A stretch of 62,786 nucleotides of DNA, counting the filler. It is 7 parts of 7 records of this genome, joined end to end, with 100 filler letters (N's around TTAATTAATTAA, not from the genome) between each part and the next. Parts side by side here need not be neighbours in the genome. Positions count along the whole stretch, not along the records: positions 43,156 to 49,820 come from SRR31147125_3419; positions 49,921 to 55,098 come from SRR31147125_3429; positions 55,199 to 62,786 come from SRR31147125_3437; 4 more parts are not named here. One strand, written 5' to 3'. Position 1 is the first letter of the stretch, and each line of letters starts with the position of its first letter. The notes beneath the pieces are model-generated. The model was given only the letters and a program-made list of their open reading frames with translations. It was not told where the DNA came from and made no database searches. Of this stretch, positions 44,267 through 55,459 are shown piece by piece. Position numbers and translations under genes: made by a program.

Positions 44267-45637
44267 ATGGAATTACTTTCAATACTAATCGTTCTTATAA
44301 TTATCGCAGCAGTTGCCTGGCTGTTAGTGAAAAAAGTCTATCCGCAAATTGTTTTGCTAGCAGCTGGTATTATAATGCTTTTGCTAAGTTTTGCTATTAC
44401 AGGTGTATTAAGCCTTCCGAAAAATTCTACCGGTTTTATCGGATTCGATATTTATGCTGTGTTGAAAGACTCCTTCAGCAGTAAAATGGCCGGGGTGGGT
44501 TTAATGATTATGACTATTGGTGGATATGTTCGGTATATGCAGCATATCGGTGCAAGCGAAATGTTGGTGACAGTTGCTTTAAAGCCACTGTCAAAGCTTA
44601 AAAAATATCCATATCTGGCTTCAGTAATGTTGCTCCCTATCGGTCAGTTCCTATTTATGAGCAGCCCTTCTGCAGCTGGTTACAGTATGTTGCTTATGGT
44701 TGCCATTTATCCTGTTATTGTTCGTTTTGGCGTAAGTAAAATTACCGCAGTTTCTGTAATTACTGCATGTACGGTTTTTGATTTGGGACCAGGATCGGCA
44801 AATTCAAATCAGGCGGCATCAATAATTAATATGGATGTGGTTTCCTACTTTCTTTCCAAGCAGTTGATTGTGGTAATCCCTACAACATTAACCCTTATGG
44901 TGCTGTATTACTTTGTGAACCGTAGAGCTGATAAAAAACTTGATTTTGAAGTTATCAGCCAGGTTGAAGAACAAAAACAAAAAGCACAAATACCAATGTT
45001 TTATGCATTGTTACCTGTATTGCCTCTTATCCTGCTGGTCGTGTTTTCTTCTTTTTTCAAAATATTTGATCCGCCAATTGTACTAAACACGACTATCGCC
45101 ATGCTTATATGCATGTTTTTCACATTTACAATTGAGCTGATTCGCCAAAGAAATATTGGCAAAAGCACCGAAGATGTTAAGGTTTTCTTTAACGGTATGG
45201 GGGCTGTGTTTTCATCAATTGTAACCCTTATTGTTTGTGCTGATATTTTTAGTCGCGGCTTAATTGGCCTTGGATTAATCGATTCTTTAATAGCCGGCTC
45301 TCAATCAATTGGAATGGGAAGTACAGGGATTAATGGGATTATGACTTCTGCTATTTTTAGTTCTTCGGTATTAATGGGAAGTGGTAATGCATCATTCTTT
45401 GCGTTTAGTCCGCTTGTGCCCGATATTATTGCTCAGCTTGGAGGTAGCGAGGCAAAAATGGTTTTACCAATGCAGCTTGCCTCTAGTATGGGACGTGCTT
45501 GTTCGCCTATTGCAGGGCTTATGATTGCTACAGCGAAAATGGCTGATATTTCATCATTCGACGTAGCAAGAAGAAACTTAATCCCATTAATTGGCGGGGC
45601 AATAGCAATGTTTATTTTTAATGAAATTTTACTATGA
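44267..45637 (+). CDS. DcuC-family C4-dicarboxylate transporter
   Basis: GLMIMTIGGY..YM.HIGAS, LMGSGNASFFAF, MGRACSPIAG, multi-TM. Confidence 0.88.
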   Translation: MELLSILIVLIIIAAVAWLLVKKVYPQIVLLAAGIIMLLLSFAITGVLSLPKNSTGFIGFDIYAVLKDSFSSKMAGVGLMIMTIGGYVRYMQHIGASEMLVTVALKPLSKLKKYPYLASVMLLPIGQFLFMSSPSAAGYSMLLMVAIYPVIVRFGVSKITAVSVITACTVFDLGPGSANSNQAASIINMDVVSYFLSKQLIVVIPTTLTLMVLYYFVNRRADKKLDFEVISQVEEQKQKAQIPMFYALLPVLPLILLVVFSSFFKIFDPPIVLNTTIAMLICMFFTFTIELIRQRNIGKSTEDVKVFFNGMGAVFSSIVTLIVCADIFSRGLIGLGLIDSLIAGSQSIGMGSTGINGIMTSAIFSSSVLMGSGNASFFAFSPLVPDIIAQLGGSEAKMVLPMQLASSMGRACSPIAGLMIATAKMADISSFDVARRNLIPLIGGAIAMFIFNEILL

Positions 45638-46779
45638 CTACTATAATTAAAAATGCGAAACTTTTAGCATCCTCAAAAGAAGAAAGAGGAGATATTCTTT
45701 TTAATGAAAAAATTATTTCTGTTGATAAGAATATCAATCCTGAGATTAGGAATCTTAAGGAAATTGATGCAAATGGGAAATATGTTCTCCCCGGGCTTAT
45801 CGACCAGCATACTCATTTAACAGGAGCAGGTGGGAAATTTGGCTTCGCATCTTTATCGCCCGAAATTATGCTTTCTGAGTTGATTCAATGTGGAACAACA
45901 ACCGTAATGGGAACACTTGGAACAGATGGGGCAACTCGATCAGTAAAATCACTTTACGCAAAAGTAAAATCGCTTGAAACGGAAGGGATATCGGCATTCA
46001 TGCTTACAAACTATTTTGGGTTGCCACCGATTACCATTACAGGCAATGTGCAGGACGATCTTGTTTTTATTGATAAAGTAATTGGTTGTAAGTTGGCAAT
46101 AAGTGACGAAAGATGTTCTTTCCCCGAAGTAAAAGATATACTCTCATTGCTTCGTCAGGTTCGGGTTGGTGGTTTGGTTTCAGGAAAAGGAGGAATACTG
46201 CATATTCATCTTGGAGCTTTGGATGCAGGAATGGAAATTCTTTTAGATATTGTAAAGAAATACCAGTTCCCAATTCGTCATATTTCTCCAACCCATGTTG
46301 GGCGTACCGAGAAGTTATTTGGTCAAGCCCTTGAGTTTGCGAAACTTGGAGGCATTATAGATATTACTACGGGTGCATCTAAATTTACCGATCCTTTCGA
46401 ACAGGTACTGTATGCCATGAAAAAAGGTGTTTCAATTGATTATCTTTCATTTAGTAGCGATGGTAATGCAGGACTGGCAACCCTTGATGAAAATGGAGAG
46501 CTTAAAAGTGTTCGTAAAGCTCCTCTGGATCAAAATTTACATCAGGTTCAGAAACTTATTGCAACTGGAAAAGTTTCACCTTTTGATGCTTTTAAATTAC
46601 TCACTGTAAATCCTGCTAGAAATTTGGGACTTCATAAGGTGAAAGGAAAAATTGAGGCAGGCTTTGATGCTGATTTTGTATTCTTTGATGAAAACTTTGA
46701 ATTAACAGATGTGATAGCTAAAGGTCAGGTTTTCATGAAGGATAAAATAATTGTTAAAAAAGGATTTTACGAGAAGTAA
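45634..46779 (+). CDS. iadA: Beta-aspartyl (isoaspartyl) dipeptidase
   Basis: PGLIDQHTHLTGAGG, GTLGTDG, KLAISDER, HIHLG, PTHVGR, SSDGN. Confidence 0.9.
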   Translation: MTTIIKNAKLLASSKEERGDILFNEKIISVDKNINPEIRNLKEIDANGKYVLPGLIDQHTHLTGAGGKFGFASLSPEIMLSELIQCGTTTVMGTLGTDGATRSVKSLYAKVKSLETEGISAFMLTNYFGLPPITITGNVQDDLVFIDKVIGCKLAISDERCSFPEVKDILSLLRQVRVGGLVSGKGGILHIHLGALDAGMEILLDIVKKYQFPIRHISPTHVGRTEKLFGQALEFAKLGGIIDITTGASKFTDPFEQVLYAMKKGVSIDYLSFSSDGNAGLATLDENGELKSVRKAPLDQNLHQVQKLIATGKVSPFDAFKLLTVNPARNLGLHKVKGKIEAGFDADFVFFDENFELTDVIAKGQVFMKDKIIVKKGFYEK

Positions 46780-46803
46780 AAATAGCGTCAAATTATTAGT
46801 CAC

Positions 46804-46834
46804 AAGGGGAATGGATAAGAATCATTCCCCTTTT
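46804..46834. terminator. Bidirectional terminator
   Basis: AAGGGGAATG-GATAAGAAT-CATTCCCCTTTT between convergent genes. Confidence 0.8.
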
Positions 46835-48189
46835 TATGCAATCATTTCTGCAAGTTCTTTTAAATTCTGACCTGAAAAATTCCCTGAACTCATGATTAGG
46901 AGATTCTTGTTTTTCCAGTCAATATTTTTTAATTCCTGAAATAGTAGATCAGAGTTTGTAAAAACTTTCAATTGGTCATTTTCAAATCCATTTTTCACAT
47001 CATCAACAGAAATTGCGTCAAGCTTTTTGTGTTCGATGGTGTGAGGATCAAAATAGACAAATGCCTGATCGGCAGCATCCATGCATTTTTTATATTCGGG
47101 AAGAAAATCTTTTTTTAACGAACTGAATGTGTGAAGTTCCATAACAGCAACTAATTCACGATTGGGAAATTGAGCCTTCACTGCCTCTGTCGTTGCTTTA
47201 AGTTTTGATGGAGAATGTGCAAAGTCGTAAAAAACGGTTGTCTGCTTATTCTCTGAAAGAATTTCCAATCGACGGGCTGCTCCATTGAAATGAGTCATTG
47301 CATTGTAAAATTGATCATTGGAAATCCCAATTTCATTGCAAATTTGTTTTGCTCCGGAAATATTTTCAAGGTTGTGTTTGCCAAAAACCTGGAGCTCAAT
47401 TTTTTGATCATTATTTAATAATTGCGTATTTCCATTTTCAATCTCAGAATCATGTTCGTTATAAGGAATCACATTGATATCTGGACGAACCTTTGAGGCA
47501 ATTCGTAGTAAATTTTCATCACTTTCATAATAAATAAGCGTTCCTTCTTTCTCAATTTTATCTGCAAAAATTTGAAATTGATCAACGTAATTTTCAAACG
47601 TTGGAAATACGTTAATATGATCCCAGGCAATTCCGCTAATTAAAGCAATATGTGGATGATATAGATGAAATTTTGGTCGGCGGTCAATTGGAGAAGAGAG
47701 GTACTCATCACCCTCAAAAATCGCAATATTAGTTTCATCTTTGAGTGATACCATGGTGTCAAAACCTTCAAGATTGGCTCCTACCATGTAATCAAAGTCA
47801 ATATTGTTAAACTTCAGCACGTGCATGATCATTGATGTAATGGTGGTTTTTCCATGACTTCCACCAATCACTACCCGCTTTTTAGTTTTTGTTTGCTCGT
47901 ACAAATATTCAGGATAAGAGAAAATTTTCAGTCCTAGTTTCTGAGCTTTTATCAGTTCCGGATTATCTTGGCGGGCATGCATTCCAAGAATAACTGCATC
48001 AATATTCTTTGTTAAGGTTTCTGGCTGCCAACCCATTTTTTCAGGTAAAAGATTGTGATTTTCTAGCCTGCTTTTAGAAGGTTCAAAAACTTCATCGTCA
48101 CTACCTGTAATTTTAAACCCTTTTTTATGAAGTGCTATGGCAAGGTTGTGCATGGCACTGCCACCAATTGCTATAAAATGAATATGCAT
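46834..48189 (-). CDS. mpl: Murein peptide ligase (Mpl/MurC family)
   Basis: HIHFIAIGGSAMHNLA, GGSHGKTTITS, EGDEY, WDH, DFAHSP, ELHT. Confidence 0.88.
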   Translation of the reverse strand: MHIHFIAIGGSAMHNLAIALHKKGFKITGSDDEVFEPSKSRLENHNLLPEKMGWQPETLTKNIDAVILGMHARQDNPELIKAQKLGLKIFSYPEYLYEQTKTKKRVVIGGSHGKTTITSMIMHVLKFNNIDFDYMVGANLEGFDTMVSLKDETNIAIFEGDEYLSSPIDRRPKFHLYHPHIALISGIAWDHINVFPTFENYVDQFQIFADKIEKEGTLIYYESDENLLRIASKVRPDINVIPYNEHDSEIENGNTQLLNNDQKIELQVFGKHNLENISGAKQICNEIGISNDQFYNAMTHFNGAARRLEILSENKQTTVFYDFAHSPSKLKATTEAVKAQFPNRELVAVMELHTFSSLKKDFLPEYKKCMDAADQAFVYFDPHTIEHKKLDAISVDDVKNGFENDQLKVFTNSDLLFQELKNIDWKNKNLLIMSSGNFSGQNLKELAEMIA

Positions 48190-48234
48190 ATTTTTATATT
48201 GAAGAAAGTCCGAAATTATGAAAAGATTGTGTGA

Positions 48235-49137
48235 TTAAAAATAGACAGTCCCGCTGAGACGGAATGTTTGATATGAATAGTCCTGAATTCCGGTCTGGTA
48301 TTCAGCCTTGAACAATATATTCTTGGGCTGGAATTCTAATCTGGCTCGGTAAATAATTGGATCATTAAATCCGGGCTGGTTGATAAATTCATAAGCATCA
48401 TATCCAAAATATCCTGCAAGTTCCTGGGCAATGCTGAACTTTTTGTGGTTTAATTTTATTCCTATTTCTGTCAGGGGACCTTCATCCTGAGCCATTTCAA
48501 CTTTGTTGGTTTGCCAAATATACCAGCCAAACATTCCGGCCACTCGAACTTCATCAAAAATGAAATTGGTTAATTGAAAACTTTTGCCAGCTGATAAGTA
48601 TAAATAGCTTATCGGGGCATCAATGTATCGTCCGTGAGTAACGATGCCAGTGGTTAAGCTCATGCTGTAATTCAGTACTAAATCGGGGAGCTTTTCATGA
48701 TTTTTGAGTAGCTGAAGGGATGTGCTTATCCATAAGTCGCCTTGATGTGTAATCCATCCTTCGTCATCATAGTAAATCTGACGTTCATCACGTATTTTAT
48801 TCGATATTTTAAAGGTTTCAGTTGGGTTTCCCCATACTTCTACCAAAACCTTTCCGGGAGCAATATTCCATTTTAAATTCAGATAGCTGTTCATCCCATT
48901 GTCTCCCGTCATGAGATGCATATCTGCACCAACTTCTAATGAATGATTATCTTGTATAGTGCCGTAATTCATTCTAGGAACGGGCAAAGCATTTGGACCA
49001 AGTTTGGCAGGTGCTATCATCAACCATTTGCTGACATGAACACTCCCATAGTCAATCCAATCAGAATAGTTTCTTGTTTGGCTGTGAAGATTAGTAGATA
49101 TCAGTAGGATTCCAATAAGAATTGAAAGGTTACGCAT
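48235..49137 (-). CDS. Hypothetical exported protein, possible outer-membrane beta-barrel
   Basis: Signal peptide, GPNALPVP, aromatic-rich strands, terminal Phe. Confidence 0.6.
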   Translation of the reverse strand: MRNLSILIGILLISTNLHSQTRNYSDWIDYGSVHVSKWLMIAPAKLGPNALPVPRMNYGTIQDNHSLEVGADMHLMTGDNGMNSYLNLKWNIAPGKVLVEVWGNPTETFKISNKIRDERQIYYDDEGWITHQGDLWISTSLQLLKNHEKLPDLVLNYSMSLTTGIVTHGRYIDAPISYLYLSAGKSFQLTNFIFDEVRVAGMFGWYIWQTNKVEMAQDEGPLTEIGIKLNHKKFSIAQELAGYFGYDAYEFINQPGFNDPIIYRARLEFQPKNILFKAEYQTGIQDYSYQTFRLSGTVYF

Positions 49138-49341
49138 TTATATACAGTTTTAAGCTTCAAATTTTGTGAATTTATTTGAGTAATACTGCATTCTTCTAAT
49201 TTTTATGTTTATTTTCTTATTTGTATAACTAATTCAAATAATGGCAAATGGGATGATTCTAGAATATTTATTTTGATAGTAGGAATTAAAATTCTAATTT
49301 CGCAGAAACAGAACAGAACAATACGGATTTAAATCAACAAA

Positions 49342-49820
49342 ATGAAGAGCCTAATTATTTCAACACTATTTGTATGTGCTTGTCTTTTTTCTTATGCACA
49401 ATATGAATATCCATTTTTCAATACTGACTTAGACACTGATGAACGAGTAGAGGATCTTGTTAGTAGGTTAACTGTGCAAGAAAAAATTGATCAATTATTA
49501 TATCAGTCTCCAGCAATTGAGCGTCTTGGTATTCCTGAGTACAATTGGTGGAATGAGTGTTTGCATGGGGTAGCAAGAGCAGGATATGCAACAGTTTTCC
49601 CTCAGTCAATATCAATAGCAGCTTCCTGGAACAAAAAATTAATTCATGATGTTGCATCTGTAATTTCAGATGAAGCAAGAGCTAAACATCATGAATATGT
49701 GCGTATGGGTCAACGTGATATATACCAGGGGCTAACGATGTGGTCGCCAAATATCAATATATTCCGTGATCCAAGATGGGGACGTGGGCATGAAACTTAC
49801 GGTGAAGATCCTTACCTGAC
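49342..49820 (+). CDS. GH3 beta-glucosidase/xylosidase, 3' truncated
   Basis: WWNECLHGVAR, ATVFPQ, WSPNINIFRDPRWGRGHETYGEDP. Confidence 0.93.
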
Positions 49821-49920
49821 NNNNNNNNNNNNNNNNNNNNNNNNNNNNNNNNNNNNNNNNNNNNTTAATTAATTAANNNNNNNNNNNNNNNNNNNNNNNN
49901 NNNNNNNNNNNNNNNNNNNN
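49821..49920. other. Artificial contig spacer
   Basis: N44-TTAATTAATTAA-N44. Confidence 0.98.
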
Positions 49921-50131
49921 GACTGTGGCCAATACAGGTCCTTTGGGACCAGGCTCGACAGCTCCTGTAACAAAAGCGCCATCAACCAGCTTGTAGTCGC
50001 GGATGATTTTGGTCGATACCCATATATCGTTTGATGTGGGTTGAAAAGACATGTTAGGATCTCTTAAAACCGCTGCCACGGTCAAGACATTTTAGAACGC
50101 CGCCAGTTTTGGGTGGTACTTTAGAATTCAT
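49921..50131 (-). CDS. rho: Transcription termination factor Rho-like protein, N-terminal RNA-binding domain (partial, frameshift near 50066)
   Basis: Adding one T gives MNSKVPPKTGGVLKCLDRGSGFLRDPNMSFQPTSNDIWVSTKIIRDYKLVDGAFVTG, matching the Rho pattern G.LE..G.GFLR..DIYVS..IR.F.L..G..V.G. Confidence 0.75.
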
Positions 50132-50361
50132 TCCAGCTTCCTTTTCTATAACTACATAAAATTCAATATTCTAAATATGTGAATACAAAATATTGAAATT
50201 CTGAAACAGGATTAGAGTACAAAAACAGCCTAATCCGTTATTAAATAAAAGTAAGGCGTAAACAGGTTTTCTTCTAGCCTGTTTATGCCAATTGAATTAT
50301 CCTAAAAGTAAGGTAATCAGATTTAACAGGGATAAAGAAATGTGATGAGTAAATAATTAAA

Positions 50362-50390
50362 ATTATAGGAAATAACGTCATGAATTGCAA
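50362..50390 (-). promoter_or_regulatory. Sigma70 promoter upstream of the rho-like gene
   Basis: Minus strand TTGCAA-17 bp-TATAAT. Confidence 0.6.
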
Positions 50391-50759
50391 GGGAATTATT
50401 AAATTCAAATTCCAAATACTTTACACAAAGGTAAAATTAACCATTATATAAGATGCCATTTAGGCATTGCATGATTGAATAGAATAATTAAAATGTTTAT
50501 AAAACCGGTAAATCTATAAAATAAAAAGTTGATAAGCCTGCCATTAATTAATATAATCATTCCATATGTAACTTTCCGGGATTATTTAGGATCTCCGGCC
50601 AGTAGCAATCCACAAATTACTCAAAGATTCATGGTAAATTGTAACAAATACAAACAGATCTATCCTGTTCAAATTTTATTCTGGTAATTTCTTTAGCCTT
50701 GTTTCCAATCAACTTTTCAGTGAAAATTATAGCATAATAAAGGAGGATCACAAATGAAC

Positions 50760-51266
50760 CTACGGGATCCACTGGTTCACTTCCTGAAAGCGGGCTACAT
50801 GGAAATAACGAATCACATCGATTCGAAAGAGTGATGTTGATTCAGCTTGGAAAAAGTGATGTAAATAACTGTGTCGTTTTTTTAAAAGTCGAATACCTCT
50901 CTCATATTTCTCACCGGATAACATACGAATTGCCTTGCCGGTCACGGTTATGGCCTCAATTTTTGTCATATCTTCAGGATGTTGAGATCTACTGTCAATT
51001 GTTAACGCGACACGATCACATTCATTCAAAAGGCGGTATTTGCGCGTAGCTATGGATGTTGTAAAGTAAAAAGCCCGTAAATCTTTTGTGTGAGCATAGG
51101 CAATGATTGATCCATAGGGCTGGCTCTGTGCCTGTGTGCACAAAATCCCGAATCGCTCCTGATCTAACAGATGCCGGATTCGGTTCGGTACATCAGGATT
51201 GTTGGTGGGTTTTGTTGATTTTTTAGCGAATTCGTATTCAAAGATGGGTTCGTCTGAGAGTTCCAT
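50760..51266 (-). CDS. Pyridoxamine 5'-phosphate oxidase-like FMN-binding protein
   Basis: GILCT...QPYGS.IAY, F.T...TRK, VAL.ID.R, A.TVTG.A. Confidence 0.8.
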   Translation of the reverse strand: MELSDEPIFEYEFAKKSTKPTNNPDVPNRIRHLLDQERFGILCTQAQSQPYGSIIAYAHTKDLRAFYFTTSIATRKYRLLNECDRVALTIDSRSQHPEDMTKIEAITVTGKAIRMLSGEKYERGIRLLKKRHSYLHHFFQAESTSLFRIDVIRYFHVARFQEVNQWIP

Positions 51267-51397
51267 GATTACCTCGTATATCCAAAATTTCTAATTTAAT
51301 TTGATTTTGATGCTTTAGTTTAAACATGCCAGGTGATTAAAATGTAAAATGTTGCGGATCATTACTGAACCTTGCCACCATAACCTGTCAAAATGAA

Positions 51398-52861
51398 TCA
51401 CTTGTCTTGAACCGAGTGCTGTATTGCCTCTTTTTTCGCAGATTTTACAATGCCATTAATCATGCCCTGAAAAACCAGGCTGTGAATTGGATAGATCAGA
51501 TACCAGTACATAACGCCTGACAAACCAATAGGATCAAAAATAGCCACCTGTTTTATGGTCGATCCATTTTCAGTGCCATTGACCTCAAACTCGAGCCAGG
51601 CTCTTCCTGGCAATTTCATTTCAGCACATAGACGCAATCTTTGATTCGGTTCGTATGCTTCCACTCGCCACCAATCAATTGTATCTCCCGTGTTTATTTC
51701 TTCAGGATGCCTGCGTCCTCTTCTTAATCCAACTCCTCCAATCAACAAATCCATAAAACCACGAACTTTCCACAACCAATTCGCATAGTACCATCCCGTT
51801 TGACCGCCGATTTTCTGAATGGGCTGGAAGGCAATGGGAGGTGGAGCATTTACTTTTTTGCTACGCATGTCAATAAGCCGGTTTCGATAACGAACAGATC
51901 CTGTTTTTTCTTTTATTCCGGATGAAGAGATGGCATCTGACCATCGTGTCTCTGCGAATTCGTGTTCTTCGTTTGTTAAAGCTTCAGCAATGGCCTCTTT
52001 AACATTTTTAGGTTTAATATCAAATACTTTTAATGCTGAGAAATCATTGATAACTGTTTCATGTTTTAAACCATCTATCAGTTTTCGACCAATGCGGGCA
52101 TACAGTGGCGTTACCAGCCCAAGCCAAAGACTTGACAGGCGAGGCGTTAAAACCGGTACAGAAAGTTTGTATCGCCGTAAACCTCGTTGTCTGGCATACT
52201 CCCACATCATGTCACCATAAGTGACCTGAGATTCGGCACCAATTTCGAAGATTTTATGTCCTGAAATATCTATATCCATTCCTGCCATCAAATACTGCAA
52301 AAGGGTGGAAATAGCTATGGGTTGTGTTTTTACCGAAACCCAACGAGGTGTGATCATCACAGGGAGTCGTTCCGTCAAAGCTCTGATTAATTCGAATGAA
52401 AGACTACCGGAACCAATAACAACAGCCGCCCGAAATTCAATAACCTGAGTTTTATATTGACGTAAAATAGTGCCAACTTCCTGGCGACTAAATAAATGGG
52501 ATGATAACTCTTGCTGGCTATCTCCCAGTCCTCCCAAATAAACAAGTCGCTGAACACCGCATTCCTCTGCAGCCTGCCCAAAATTATGTGCGGCAATGCG
52601 ATCCAATTCATCAAAATCTTTTTTTGATCCCATCGAGTGAATCAGATAATAGGCAGTGTGGGCACCCTCTAATGCTTTCATTAAACTTTCTTTATCCAAA
52701 ACATCCGCTTCAATGATGCCAGTGTCCGGAGATACTTTTGATTGTAGACGATCCTTATTTCTGACCATACATCGTACTGGCACGGATTTTTGTTCCAGTA
52801 ATTTTAATAACCGTCCGCCAACATATCCAGTCGCTCCTGTCAATAAGATAAGATTATTCAT
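51398..52861 (-). CDS. SDR/NAD-binding protein with DUF2867 (YbjT-like)
   Basis: TGATGYVGG, YYLIHSM, IGSGSLSFE, GG.TGWY..WLW..RG, AEMKLPGRAWLEF. Confidence 0.9.
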   Translation of the reverse strand: MNNLILLTGATGYVGGRLLKLLEQKSVPVRCMVRNKDRLQSKVSPDTGIIEADVLDKESLMKALEGAHTAYYLIHSMGSKKDFDELDRIAAHNFGQAAEECGVQRLVYLGGLGDSQQELSSHLFSRQEVGTILRQYKTQVIEFRAAVVIGSGSLSFELIRALTERLPVMITPRWVSVKTQPIAISTLLQYLMAGMDIDISGHKIFEIGAESQVTYGDMMWEYARQRGLRRYKLSVPVLTPRLSSLWLGLVTPLYARIGRKLIDGLKHETVINDFSALKVFDIKPKNVKEAIAEALTNEEHEFAETRWSDAISSSGIKEKTGSVRYRNRLIDMRSKKVNAPPPIAFQPIQKIGGQTGWYYANWLWKVRGFMDLLIGGVGLRRGRRHPEEINTGDTIDWWRVEAYEPNQRLRLCAEMKLPGRAWLEFEVNGTENGSTIKQVAIFDPIGLSGVMYWYLIYPIHSLVFQGMINGIVKSAKKEAIQHSVQDK

Positions 52862-53325
52862 TTAAAGGGCCTGTCAAATATATTATCTGTTAAAAATTGT
52901 TAATTCCTGCTCGAGTTTCGTCGTAATTGTATAACATTAAATAACAATTGACAATAGAAGCTATTCCATTTTTGTAGATTTGCCAGAATATCGCTTTTCC
53001 AATTATATCACTATTGGATGATGATATTCATTTATTGTCCTGAAAAATAAAGATATATAAATTTTGACGGTTATCTCTTTGATTTATAATTTGCCTGTGA
53101 TGTATTTGTCATTTTTAATCAGGAAAATCTAAACTGTAAAAAAATGTAAATGTACTTGCTCTGCATGAATATATTTTATATTTTGGACACTAGGATAAGG
53201 TTATTTTAAATCCTGATAGAGAATTAACTTTCAATAAATATAAAGCTGTTTTATCTTTTTTCAACAATGCCTGGTAATTTTTTGCATTGGCATCAATCCT
53301 TAAATTTTGAATAAGGAAATCCAAC

Positions 53326-54818
53326 ATGGATAATGTTTTTCAAAATCCATCAAGAAGGCAATTTTTACGATTTTTAGGCGGGGCAGCCGTTGTTCTGCCA
53401 ATGATAGCCGGATGTGAAAAAAAGGACAGTACTCTTGCTAAAATGGGAAATTCCACTCCGCAAAATGTGATTTTTATCCTAAGCGATGACCATCGTTATG
53501 ATTTTATGGGCTTTCTGGGAAAACCTGCATTCCTGGAGACGCCAAACATGGATCGTATGGCCAGGGATGGCGCTTATTTGAAGAATGCGTTTGTTACCAC
53601 TTCATTGTGTTCCCCTAGCAGAGCATCCATATTGACCGGACAATATTCTCACCACCATGGTGTCGTGGATAATAATACCCGGGTGCCGGAAGGGACTGTT
53701 TTTTTCCTCAATATCTGCAAAATGCAGGATATGAAACAGCTTTTATGGGAAAATGGCATATGGGAAGTTCAACAGACGAACCTCGTCCCGGCTTTGATAA
53801 ATGGATCAGCTTTAAAGGGCAAGGCAAATACTATGATCCCACTTTGAATATTGATGGCCAGCAAGTGAAAAAACAAGGATATATCTCTGATTTATTAACA
53901 GACTATGCCCTTGACTGGTTAAAACAGGACAGGGATAAACCTTTTTTCCTTTATCTCTCTCACAAAGCTGTTCACGCTATGTTCAAGCCGGCAAAGAGAC
54001 ATCTGGGAAAATATGATAACGTTAAACTGGAATATCCGGAATCTATGGCAAACACTGAGGAAAATTATCGCGGCAAACCTCAATGGGTAAAAGAACAACG
54101 CAATAGCTGGCATGGAGTGGATTATATGTATCATGGCCAAATGGATTTTGATACTTTTTACCGCCGATATTGTGAAACACTCCTTGGTGTGGATGAAAGT
54201 ATCGGGAAGGTATTGGATTACCTTGATGAAACCGGTTTGGCAGAGTCAACCCTGGTCATTTATATGGGTGATAATGGTTTCTGCTTTGGTGAGCACGGAT
54301 TGATTGACAAACGTCACATGTATGAGGAATCTTTGCGCGTGCCCATGCTGGCTTATTGGCCGGGACATATCGCACCAGGTACTAAAGTAACAAAAATGGT
54401 CCAAAATATGGATGTAGGGCCAACTGTTTTAGAAGCAGCCGGAATGAAAAAACCGGATAATATGGATGGTTTATCTTTTTTACCTCTGTTAGCAGGAAAA
54501 GAAATACCATGGCGTGACGCTGTCTTTTATGAATACTATTGGGAACGCAATTTCCCGCAAACACCAACTATTCATGGTATTCGTACCGACCGTTATAAGT
54601 ATATGCATTACCACGGTATTTGGGATACAGATGAATTGTATGATTTACAAAACGATCCCAACGAAAAACATAACTTGATTGATCGACCTGAACATCAGGA
54701 CCTGATTAAAGACTTGAAGGATCGTTTATTTGATTGGCTCGAAGAAACAGATGGGATGCTTATCCCTCTTCGTCGGGATCGTGGAAATCCGCAGAATAAA
54801 AGAAGACCAACAAAGTAA
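53326..54818 (+). CDS. Tat-exported sulfatase (N-acetylglucosamine-6-sulfatase-like), frameshifted at a T-run near 53699-53705
   Basis: SRRQFL Tat motif, FILSDDHRYD, CSPSRAS, then GKWHMG, HKAVH, GEHGLIDKR in the second frame. Confidence 0.9.
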
Positions 54819-54912
54819 CATTTTGTCAATGATAGGATTTATAAAATTCGTAAAAAATGATTAGTGCAAACCACGTATTTCAATTATAATCAAATTTATA
54901 AGGAGGGAATTC

Positions 54913-55098
54913 ATGAGAGTGTTTTTTGAAATTCATCTAAATGTTATCAGCGTTATGTTGATCCTTGTTTTTACCACAGGTGTTGCCATCTCAAAACCTG
55001 CCCTGGTCGTCACGGATTTAAAATGTGAATATAAAATTGATCCACTGGGAATCGAAAAAAATAATCCACGTTTGAGCTGGAAAATAGAATCTACAAAA
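54913..55098 (+). CDS. GH78 alpha-L-rhamnosidase-like N-terminus (partial)
   Basis: Signal peptide, then LKCEY..DPLGI...PRLSW. AGGAGG ribosome-binding site. Confidence 0.7.
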
Positions 55099-55198
55099 NN
55101 NNNNNNNNNNNNNNNNNNNNNNNNNNNNNNNNNNNNNNNNNNTTAATTAATTAANNNNNNNNNNNNNNNNNNNNNNNNNNNNNNNNNNNNNNNNNNNN
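55099..55198. other. Artificial contig spacer
   Basis: N44-TTAATTAATTAA-N44. Confidence 0.98.
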
Positions 55199-55434
55199 CC
55201 ATCACTTGCTGCTTGGATTGTTACAAACCCTTCAGTATCATTGGTTTCAACCACTGATCCAGTACCACTGCCTTCAACAGGTGTTTCCATACCATCCCAT
55301 GAAGCAATATCTTCATATGAGAAAGTTGTTGTAGGATTCCATCCTAATGTTTCTTCCTCATCTTCATTGTTACATGCAGTAACAACTAGTCCTAATGTTA
55401 AAACTAACATTAATAATAAAAATCTTTTTTTCAT
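55199..55434 (-). CDS. Lipoprotein N-terminus (partial), downstream of the sugar ABC genes
   Basis: MKKRFLLLMLVLTLGLVVTAC lipobox, AAGGAG RBS. Confidence 0.75.
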
Positions 55435-55459
55435 TTTATTCTTCTCCTTTATATTAAGA

